From: Gammaproteobacteria bacterium
GTDB taxonomy: Bacteria; Pseudomonadota; Gammaproteobacteria; Arenicellales; Poriferihabitantaceae
Assembly: GCA_030432755.1 (NCBI GenBank)
Contig: JAUILZ010000001.1
Span: forward strand, 203,388-267,387
Direction of reading: 5' to 3'
DNA: 64,000 bases
Under the pieces are notes generated by a model. The model had not been told where the DNA came from and ran no database searches. It was given only the letters and a program-made list of their open reading frames with translations. How positions within the stretch are numbered: position 1 is the stretch's first letter; every line of letters begins with the position of its first letter. This document shows positions 12,668-20,445 of the stretch, piece by piece. Made by a program: the position numbers and the translations under genes.

Positions 12668-13357
12668 TCAGGCGGGTTCGACCGAGAAGGCGAGATCGGC
12701 GGGCGCCTGGCCCTCGCCGTTGACCGGGGTCAGGTCCTGGGGGCAGGCGGACATCACCGCGACGAGGTTTTCCAGCGCCAGAAACGTGACGCGGTCTCCC
12801 GGCCGGCTGAGAGGCGCCTCCCAGCGGGTGTTGCCTTCCGCGTTGACCGGGATGTTCATCCACAGGTTGAACGGCGCGGGAATCGCCGGCGCGTCGAGGC
12901 CGATGGCGCGCAACGCCATGCGCAGGTTGTCGGTGCAGTTATCATGGTAGCCGGTGACCCCGAGTTCGCGGTAGCGCGCGAGATCGCAGGCGGCGATGAC
13001 GGTGTCGTGAACCCCCGCTGAGGTGTCGGCTTCGAAGGTCAGCAATGGCCTGCGGGCATTGCTTACCAGCGTGTCTCCGACGCGTGGGAAAATAGACTGG
13101 AGCGCGGTATGGGTATGCGCCATGGAGAGATATTCGCGGATACCCGGATCGGCGAACGCCCAGAAGTCGCAGACCTGGTGACCCGACGGATTGCGCACCA
13201 CCAGGCGGTCCCCTGCGCGCAGCCGAACCGCGCGCCCGGTGCGCGCCGCGATCCGGTAATCCCGGCCGAATTCCGGCCGCCCGTCCAGCGAGATCGCGCC
13301 GTCCCGGGTGGAATTGCTGCCGTCTGGCCGCGCGGGATCGAACGGATTCTCAGCCAT
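12668..13357 (-). CDS. urea carboxylase-associated / DUF1989 family protein
   Basis: GRAVRLRAGDRLVVRNPSGHQVCDFWAF...GYHDNCTDNLRMAL. Confidence 0.85.
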   Translation of the reverse strand: MAENPFDPARPDGSNSTRDGAISLDGRPEFGRDYRIAARTGRAVRLRAGDRLVVRNPSGHQVCDFWAFADPGIREYLSMAHTHTALQSIFPRVGDTLVSNARRPLLTFEADTSAGVHDTVIAACDLARYRELGVTGYHDNCTDNLRMALRAIGLDAPAIPAPFNLWMNIPVNAEGNTRWEAPLSRPGDRVTFLALENLVAVMSACPQDLTPVNGEGQAPADLAFSVEPA

Positions 13358-14258
13358 TGCCGCGCCGGCCCGCGGTCACCGAGGGAGGCTCGGTGTAGTA
13401 GGGAAGACTGTCGCGCCGCACCGTGCCTTCTCCCGCCTCGGAAATGCTGCGCACGTGATCGGCGATCTCGCCCAGGGTGGCGAACCACACGTCGCGGGAT
13501 TCGAGGATGCTTTCCAGCCAGGTCTCCACCTGGCGCCAGCGCGCCAGCCGGCCGGTGAGGAACGGATGCCAGATGCAATGCCAGAATCCCCCGGCCTCGT
13601 AATGCGCCTCGAATTCCTCGAAGAATGCAGCGAGGCCGCTGCTCGGGGACTTCACCGGCATCAGGTAGCCGATCTCGTCGTAGTGGGCGAAGGGTGGCCA
13701 GTCGTCCGTTCCCCAGTGGACCGGCACCTCCACCAGGCTGCCCGCGGCGGTGTCCAGCAGGTAGGGAATGTCGTCGCCCATCAGCGAACTGTCATAGGCG
13801 AAGCCGCGCTCAAGCAACAGGTCGGTAACACCCTGGGTGATGTTGTAGACCGGCGCGCGGTAGCCGCGCGGCGTGTTGCCCACCTGGCGATGGGCCGCCA
13901 GCGCGCGGTCGAACCAGTCCACCTGCTCGTCGTGGGAATGCGCGGTGGGGTCCTCGTGCAGGTAACCGTGATGTCCCACTTCGTGGCCACCCTCCAGCAT
14001 CGCCTCCACTGCACCGGGATAGCGCTCGATGCACCATCCAGGAACAAAGAAGGACTGCTTGAGGCCGAAACGCCGATAGGTCTCGAGGATGCGCGGCACC
14101 GCGACCATCGGTCCGTACTGACCCATGGATATGGGATAGAGGCGGTTGTGGCTATCCTTCGGCCTCGAGATATGGATCAGGCTGTCCGCGTCCATATCGA
14201 AGGTGATGGCGCAGGCGCAACGCGCGCCGTTAGGCCAGGGAATGGGGTACTGGATCAT
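13350..14258 (-). CDS. polysaccharide deacetylase family protein (PuuE-like)
   Basis: TFDMDAD, EAMLEGGHEVGHHGYLHEDP, YRAPVYN. Confidence 0.85.
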   Translation of the reverse strand: MIQYPIPWPNGARCACAITFDMDADSLIHISRPKDSHNRLYPISMGQYGPMVAVPRILETYRRFGLKQSFFVPGWCIERYPGAVEAMLEGGHEVGHHGYLHEDPTAHSHDEQVDWFDRALAAHRQVGNTPRGYRAPVYNITQGVTDLLLERGFAYDSSLMGDDIPYLLDTAAGSLVEVPVHWGTDDWPPFAHYDEIGYLMPVKSPSSGLAAFFEEFEAHYEAGGFWHCIWHPFLTGRLARWRQVETWLESILESRDVWFATLGEIADHVRSISEAGEGTVRRDSLPYYTEPPSVTAGRRGNG

Positions 14259-14513
14259 GGAACTCGTCCGCGGATTGTGCAAGGCAGCATGGTAGCAATG
14301 GCGCCGCTGACAATACAATGCGCGCCGCTCGTCGTGTGAACGCTTGTCCGCATTACCACTTGGTCATTCGCCACGGCTGAACTGGACAACGGTCGAACCC
14401 TTGCACTATCATCCTGTCCAATAATCAATGCCGCCCCGATGCGCGCGTATCCCCGATGCGCGGAGGAGAGCGGTTTCGTCTCTCATCACCAATACCTCGA
14501 GGAATATAATCCG

Positions 14514-15734
14514 ATGAAGAAATCTCTCAGCCTGCTGGGCTGCGCGCTGGGCGCATCCCTGCTGTTTTCCCACACCGCAGCTGCCCAGGACTGCGAAACC
14601 ATTACCCTGGGTTCCGCGATATCCCTGACCGGCAAGTACGCCACCAACGGGATCCACGCGAAGAACGGTTACGAGTTCGCTATCCAGAAGATCAAGGATG
14701 CCGGCGGCGTACAGTTCGGCGACAAGTGCTACAACTTCAACGTCATCTATTACGATGACGAATCCAAGGGCGACCGCGGCGCCACCCTGGCGGAGCGCCT
14801 GATCAACCAGGACAAGGTCCAGTACATGCTTGGACCCTACTCCTCCGGTCTTACCAAGGCCATCGCGCCGGTGACGGAGAAGTACCAGATCCCCATGGTC
14901 GAGGCGGAAGGCGCATCGCGCTCGCTGTTCAACCAGGGTTACAAGTACCTGTTCGCGGTGCTCTCCACCTCGGAGCAGTATCTCGCTTCCGCGGTGACCC
15001 TCGCCGCCGAGAAGGCGGATGACCCTTCCAAGGTCAAGGTTGCGGTGGCGGTTGAGAACGATCCGTTCTCGCTCGATATCCGCGCCGGTGTGCTGGAGGA
15101 CGCTGCCAAGTTCGACATGCAGGTCGTAATTGACGAACAGCTCCCGCGTGACCTGTCCGACATGAGCGCGATCCTTACCAAGGTCAAGCTGCTGAAGCCC
15201 GACCTGCTGATCGTCAGCGGTCACTCCAAGGGCGCCGCCACCGCGGTTCGTCAGATCGGCGAGCAGAAGATCGATTCGCCAATGGTCGCGATCACGCACT
15301 GTGAGGCGGCGGACGTGGTGGGCAATTTCGGCGCCGCGGCCAATGACATCCTCTGCTCCACCCAGTGGGCGGAGACCCTGACCTACGAGGATCCGCTGTT
15401 CGGCAGCGCCGCGAACTACGAGAAGGAGTTCAAGGAAGCGTTCCCCGAGTACAAGGACAAGTCGGTTCCCTACCAGGTCGCCCAGGCTTCCGCCGCGGTG
15501 TACGTGTTCAAGGATGCCTTCGAACGTGCCGCCAGCCTGGACAAGGAGGCCGTGCGTGACGCGATCGCGGCAACCGACATGATGACCTTCTACGGTGGTA
15601 TCAAGTTTTCGGAGTTCGGCAACAACATCGCCAAGCCGATGGTGCTGCGCCAGATCCAGGACGGCGAATACAACGTGGTTGCGCCTTCCGAGTTCGCATC
15701 CCACCCGCTGAACTGGCCGCGTACCCCGCAGTAA
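14514..15734 (+). CDS. ABC transporter substrate-binding protein, branched-chain amino acid/amide type
   Basis: Signal peptide MKKSLSLLGCALGASLLFSHTAAAQ; ITLGSAISLTGKYATNGIHAKNGYEFA. Confidence 0.93.
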   Translation: MKKSLSLLGCALGASLLFSHTAAAQDCETITLGSAISLTGKYATNGIHAKNGYEFAIQKIKDAGGVQFGDKCYNFNVIYYDDESKGDRGATLAERLINQDKVQYMLGPYSSGLTKAIAPVTEKYQIPMVEAEGASRSLFNQGYKYLFAVLSTSEQYLASAVTLAAEKADDPSKVKVAVAVENDPFSLDIRAGVLEDAAKFDMQVVIDEQLPRDLSDMSAILTKVKLLKPDLLIVSGHSKGAATAVRQIGEQKIDSPMVAITHCEAADVVGNFGAAANDILCSTQWAETLTYEDPLFGSAANYEKEFKEAFPEYKDKSVPYQVAQASAAVYVFKDAFERAASLDKEAVRDAIAATDMMTFYGGIKFSEFGNNIAKPMVLRQIQDGEYNVVAPSEFASHPLNWPRTPQ

Positions 15735-15747
15735 ACCAGACCGTAGA

Positions 15748-15779
15748 CAGGGCGCCCTCCGGGGCGCCCTGTTCTTTTT
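15748..15779 (+). terminator. intrinsic terminator / attenuator between the substrate-binding protein and permease genes
   Basis: CAGGGCGCC ctccgg GGCGCCCTG followed by TTCTTTTT. Confidence 0.85.
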
Positions 15780-15806
15780 ACCCCCTCCGAATTCCGTCCC
15801 GTCCCC

Positions 15807-16715
15807 ATGGACCAGTTCCTCAGCAATATCGGACTGCTGTTCGAGTTTCCGATTGTCAATCTCAAGATCATCATCGACGGACTGATGATTGGTGCCCTCT
15901 TCGCCCTGGCGGCCTATGGCCTGGCCCTGGTCTGGGGGGTGATGAACGTCAAGAATCTGGCCCAGGGTGACTTCGTCATCGCCGGCGGTTATGTCGCCTG
16001 GTACCTGTCGCGCCACGGGATGCCGCCCCTGCTGGGCGTTCCCGTTGCCTTCGTCGTGATGTGGGGCGTCGGCTGGGTGGTCTACCGGCTGGTGATCTCG
16101 CGGGTGATAGAGCGCGACCTCTTCACCTCGCTGCTGGCCACCTTCGGTCTCGCCATCATCATGGCGCAGATGCTGAACCTGCTGTTCGGTTCGGACACCC
16201 AGAGTATCCAGCTCGATTACGATACCCTGTATTTCTTTGACTTCATCGACATTCCCATCGCCAAGCTGCTGGGTGTACTTATGGCAACTGCCCTGGCCGT
16301 GGCGGTAGTGCTTTTCATGAAGAAGAGCCGCATGGGCCAGGCAATCCGTGCTACCTCCCAGGATGCGCGCGCGGCAAGGGTGCTCGGCATCGATACCGAA
16401 AAGGTCTACTCCTTTACGTTTTCCCTCAATTCCGCGATCTGCGGCGCCGCCGGGGCGATCATCGTCATGGTCTGGGTGATACAGCCGTTCTACGGCATCA
16501 CCTATTCCATCCGCTCCTTCGTGATCGTCACCGCTGCCGGCCTGGGCAACCTGCCCGGCGTGATCGCCGCCGGTCTCGGCATCGGCGTGGCCGAACAGTA
16601 CGGCGCGCATATCTTTGGTATCGGCTACCAGCAGGCCATCGCGGTACTGCTGCTGTTGCTGGTGCTGGTGTACCGCCTCGTGCAACAGCGTCGCGTGCGC
16701 CAGAGCCTGAAGTAG
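15807..16715 (+). CDS. branched-chain amino acid-type ABC permease (LivH-like)
   Basis: IIIDGLMIGALFALAAYGLALVWGVMNVKNLAQGDFVIAG. Confidence 0.93.
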   Translation: MDQFLSNIGLLFEFPIVNLKIIIDGLMIGALFALAAYGLALVWGVMNVKNLAQGDFVIAGGYVAWYLSRHGMPPLLGVPVAFVVMWGVGWVVYRLVISRVIERDLFTSLLATFGLAIIMAQMLNLLFGSDTQSIQLDYDTLYFFDFIDIPIAKLLGVLMATALAVAVVLFMKKSRMGQAIRATSQDARAARVLGIDTEKVYSFTFSLNSAICGAAGAIIVMVWVIQPFYGITYSIRSFVIVTAAGLGNLPGVIAAGLGIGVAEQYGAHIFGIGYQQAIAVLLLLLVLVYRLVQQRRVRQSLK

Positions 16716-16726
16716 GGGAGGCTGTC

Positions 16727-17758
16727 ATGAAGAAAACACTGTTTTACGCGGTCCTCCTGCTGATTACCATCGCCGCGCCGTACCTGTTTCCGGACTACGG
16801 CACCCAGCTCGCGACCCTGTGGCTGATGATCATCGTCGCCCTGACCTGGGACATGACCGGCGGCCAGATGGGATACAACTCCCTCGGCAACATCTTCTTC
16901 TACGGTACCGGCATGTATGTTGCCGCGCTGATTACCATCGGCATGGTGCATCCCATCGGCGAATATACGGATGCCAGCCGCTCCGAGCTGATGTTGTTCA
17001 CAGAGGGGCAATACTTCACCGGCCTGATCGTCGGCAGTCTCGGGGCTGGACTGTTCTGCGCGTTGTCGGCGGTGATCATTGGCTATATCACCTTCGGCCT
17101 GCGCGGTCCCTACTTCGCCATCGGTACGCTGGGTGTCGCCATCGCCGCGGGCGAACTGGTGTCCAACTGGGACTGGGTCGGTGGGGGGCAGGGCATACAA
17201 CTGCCGGTGTATCCAGGCGACCTCGACACCGGCAAGGTCGTGTTTTATTTCCTGTTTGCGATCACCGGTGTGGCGCTTTTCATCTTCCTCAAGTGGCTGT
17301 ACAGCACCCGCTTCGGCGCCGCCATCAATGCCATTCGCGATGACGAGGAAAAGGCCGAGGCCATGGGCATTCACACCATGCGTTACAAGCTCACGGCCTG
17401 GGCGTTGTCGGCATTCTTCGTCGGCGTTGCCGGGGGAATTTCCGCCTTCCAGCTGATCCATTTCGAACCCCTGGAAACCGCTTACCAGACCATCAACCTG
17501 GGCATTTTCATGGTGGTCTGCGTACTGCTGGGTGGCAAGGGCACGCTCTGGGGGCCGGTGGTCGGCGCGATCCTCTTCCATGTCATCAAGGAGGTCACCT
17601 GGAACTACCTGCTTGGCTGGCAATGGGTGGCGCTGGGCGCGCTCATCGTGGTCACGGTGGTCTACTTCCAGGATGGCATCATGGGCTGGCTGATGCATAA
17701 CAAGCCGGAATGGTTCGGCATGCGGGTCGAGAAGAAGGAGCAGGAGGGCACGGCATGA
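16727..17758 (+). CDS. branched-chain amino acid-type ABC permease (LivM-like)
   Basis: GQMGYNSLGNIFFYGTGMYVAA...RGPYFAIGTLG; AINAIRDDEEKAEAMGI. Confidence 0.93.
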   Translation: MKKTLFYAVLLLITIAAPYLFPDYGTQLATLWLMIIVALTWDMTGGQMGYNSLGNIFFYGTGMYVAALITIGMVHPIGEYTDASRSELMLFTEGQYFTGLIVGSLGAGLFCALSAVIIGYITFGLRGPYFAIGTLGVAIAAGELVSNWDWVGGGQGIQLPVYPGDLDTGKVVFYFLFAITGVALFIFLKWLYSTRFGAAINAIRDDEEKAEAMGIHTMRYKLTAWALSAFFVGVAGGISAFQLIHFEPLETAYQTINLGIFMVVCVLLGGKGTLWGPVVGAILFHVIKEVTWNYLLGWQWVALGALIVVTVVYFQDGIMGWLMHNKPEWFGMRVEKKEQEGTA

Positions 17759-18498
17759 GCACCATCATCGACGTGCAGGACGTAACCAAGTCCTTCGGCG
17801 GCGTGCTGGCCAACTCGGATGTTTCGCTGCAGGTCGAGCGCGGTGGCATCACCGGGCTGATCGGTCCCAACGGTTCCGGCAAGACCACGCTGTTCAACTC
17901 CGTGGTCGGTTATCACCCCATCGATTCCGGCTCGATCCATTTCGAGGGCCAGGAGATTTCCAAGCTGCCGGTGCAGAAGATTGCCCGCCTGGGACTCCTG
18001 CGCACGTTCCAGCAGACCCGGATCTACGGCGCGATGAACTGTGTGGAGAACATGCTGATCTCCATGCCCCACCGGAAGATGACCTTCCTGGAGTCTTTTG
18101 GCAGGAACACGGCGGAAGACCGTGAGCGCGCGGAGATGCTGCTCGACTTCGTCGGCCTCTACGAGAAGCGCTGGCTGCGTTCGGGCTCGCTCTCCTTTGG
18201 CCAGCAGAAACTGCTCGAATTCGCCATGGCGTTGATGAACGAGCCCACGGTGCTGCTCCTCGACGAGCCCACCGCGGGCATCAACCCGACGCTCATCAAT
18301 GGCCTGATCGACCGCCTGAAGCGCGCGAACTCGGATTTTGGCATCACCCTGTTCATCATCGAGCACAACATGCGGGTGATCATGAACATGGCGGACACGA
18401 TCTACTGCCTTGCCCATGGCAAGCTGCTCGCGAAAGGGTCTCCGGATGAAATCCAGAATGACCAGCGGGTGATCGACGCCTACCTGGGCGCGCACTGA
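17755..18498 (+). CDS. ABC transporter ATP-binding protein (LivG-like)
   Basis: GPNGSGKTTLFN; LSFGQQKLLEFAMAL; LLLDEPTAGINP; 4-bp overlap with the permease gene. Confidence 0.93.
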   Translation: MSTIIDVQDVTKSFGGVLANSDVSLQVERGGITGLIGPNGSGKTTLFNSVVGYHPIDSGSIHFEGQEISKLPVQKIARLGLLRTFQQTRIYGAMNCVENMLISMPHRKMTFLESFGRNTAEDRERAEMLLDFVGLYEKRWLRSGSLSFGQQKLLEFAMALMNEPTVLLLDEPTAGINPTLINGLIDRLKRANSDFGITLFIIEHNMRVIMNMADTIYCLAHGKLLAKGSPDEIQNDQRVIDAYLGAH

Positions 18499-18523
18499 CC
18501 TCGCGCCCGACCGGAACAGAATC

Positions 18524-19390
18524 ATGACTGAGAAAAAAGGTATCCGCGGCTACGGCCAGGGCGGCGTCGACGCCGTCATTTCCGTGGACGAGGTGGCGCG
18601 CCAGGCGGCGGCCATCGCTGAGGAAATCAGCATCGAACAGCTCGATGCGCTGGCGGGCAACGACTCCTACGTAAATATCGAGAATCTCGTTGCCGGCTAC
18701 GGCAAGATGGAGATTCTCCACAACGTCAACCTGCGCGTCGGCCGCAAGCAGTCGCTTTGCCTGATCGGCCCCAATGGCGCCGGCAAGTCCACCGTTCTGC
18801 ATGCCATCTTCGGATTCAACAACATCTTCTCGGGCAAGATTACGGTGGGCCAGGGCGACAATGCCCAGGACGTCACCGCGCTGTCACCGAACGAGAAGCT
18901 GTCCCGCGCGGGCATCGCCTACATCCTGCAGGACAAATCGATCTTCCCCGGCATGACTGTGGAGGAGAACCTGTGGATGGGAGGCTTCCTCAAGGACAAG
19001 CCCGCGGAGGCGAAGCAGGCCGCGGAAATGATCTTCGACAAGTATTCGCGCCTCGCCGCGCGGCGCAAGCACCAGGCCAAGGTGCTGTCAGGCGGCGAGC
19101 GTCGCCTGCTGGAAATCTCCCGCGCGCTGGTGATGAATCCGGACGTCCTGCTGGTCGACGAACCCTCCATCGGCCTCGAGCCTCGCTTTATCGACATGGT
19201 GTTCGAGATCCTCGACGACTTGCAGAACAACGAGGGCAAGACCATCATCATGGTCGAGCAGAACGCGAAGAAGGGCCTCGAGTTCGCCGATATCGGCTAC
19301 GTCCTCGTCTCCGGCCAGGTGGCCATCGCCGGCAAGGGCTCTGACCTGCTGCAGAACCCGAAGGTGGGGGAGCTCTTCCTCGGCGGCTAG
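18524..19390 (+). CDS. ABC transporter ATP-binding protein (LivF-like)
   Basis: GPNGAGKSTVLHAIFG; LSGGERRLLEISRAL; LLVDEPSIGLEP. Confidence 0.93.
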   Translation: MTEKKGIRGYGQGGVDAVISVDEVARQAAAIAEEISIEQLDALAGNDSYVNIENLVAGYGKMEILHNVNLRVGRKQSLCLIGPNGAGKSTVLHAIFGFNNIFSGKITVGQGDNAQDVTALSPNEKLSRAGIAYILQDKSIFPGMTVEENLWMGGFLKDKPAEAKQAAEMIFDKYSRLAARRKHQAKVLSGGERRLLEISRALVMNPDVLLVDEPSIGLEPRFIDMVFEILDDLQNNEGKTIIMVEQNAKKGLEFADIGYVLVSGQVAIAGKGSDLLQNPKVGELFLGG

Positions 19391-19639
19391 CCTGTAGAGG
19401 GGCGGGTCAGACTTGGGCGCCAGCCCCGGTATTCGCCGGGGCATGCTTTCGCTGGCGTCTCAATATCAAGGGTTCGTCGGGCTAATTTTCAGCGCAGCCC
19501 CGCGCTCAGCTATTCCGCGTGATGCCGTCCTCGTCCGTCCCGGCAATCTGCCTCCAGGGGCCTTGCACGACACCCGCAAAGCCAAAATCTCACCCGCCGC
19601 CAGGGCCTTCAGGCCGAGGCGGCGAGTGTGCCGGTCCGG

Positions 19640-20218
19640 TCAGGCGAAGTTTTCTGCGGCGAAATCCCAGTTCACCAGGTTCCAGAACGCTTCCACATAC
19701 TTGGGGCGCGCATTGCGATAGTCGATGTAATAGGCGTGTTCCCAGACATCGCAGGTCAGCAATGGCACCTGGTCGCCGGTCAGCGGCGTGTCGGCATTGC
19801 TGGTGTTGACGATTTCCACCGAGCCGTCCTTGTTCTTCACCAGCCAGGTCCAGCCGGAGCCGAAGTTTGTGGCGGCGGAGGTGGAGAATTTTTCCTTGAA
19901 GTCGGCAACGCTGCCGAAGGCCTTGTTGATCGCGTCGGCCAGGGCGCCGGAGGGCTCTCCGCCGCCATCTGGGCTCAGGCAGTGCCAGTAAAAGGTGTGG
20001 TTCCAGATCTGCGCGGCATTGTTGAACAGCCCGCCCTTGGCCTTGCGGATGATGTCTTCCAGCGAGGCGTCAGCAAACTCGGTGCCTTCTATGAGCTTGT
20101 TGAGGTTGGTGACATAGGTCTGGTGATGCTTGCCGTAGTGATAGTCTAGGGTTTCGGCGGAAATATGCGGCGCCAGTGCGTCTTTTGCGTAGGGGAGTGG
20201 TGGCAGTTCATGCGCCAT
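19640..20218 (-). CDS. sodB: superoxide dismutase (Fe/Mn family)
   Basis: [36 protein letters not shown]; [23 protein letters not shown]. Confidence 0.95.
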   Translation of the reverse strand: MAHELPPLPYAKDALAPHISAETLDYHYGKHHQTYVTNLNKLIEGTEFADASLEDIIRKAKGGLFNNAAQIWNHTFYWHCLSPDGGGEPSGALADAINKAFGSVADFKEKFSTSAATNFGSGWTWLVKNKDGSVEIVNTSNADTPLTGDQVPLLTCDVWEHAYYIDYRNARPKYVEAFWNLVNWDFAAENFA

Positions 20219-20445
20219 TGCGTTCTTCTCCTTTGAAGATTGGGTGTATGGATATGATGGGGTGGATATTCGGTATCTCAACGATCCGCTTTAAAGCGGA
20301 TTCGTTCCCGGCGACGGTTTATCGGGTGCCTTGTTAAGCGAGAGTTGACTGAGGAACAGGCAAAAGGGAAGCATAACCAACAATCCATGGCTCGGCAACG
20401 CGTGCCCGCAGCCAGGAACCCCGAAGGGGCCTCGAAGCGCGCGGA

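Noticed and set aside
14409-16685. 758-aa minus-strand ORF opposite the substrate-binding protein and LivH genes
   Set aside because: Low-complexity H/D/Q/R-rich translation typical of antisense frames in GC-rich DNA; the plus strand has clear family motifs.
19414-19480. Imperfect GC-rich hairpin CGCCAG..CCCCGG/CCGGGG..CTGGCG after the LivF-like gene
   Set aside because: No U-tract and imperfect stem; cannot call a terminator or ncRNA from this alone.
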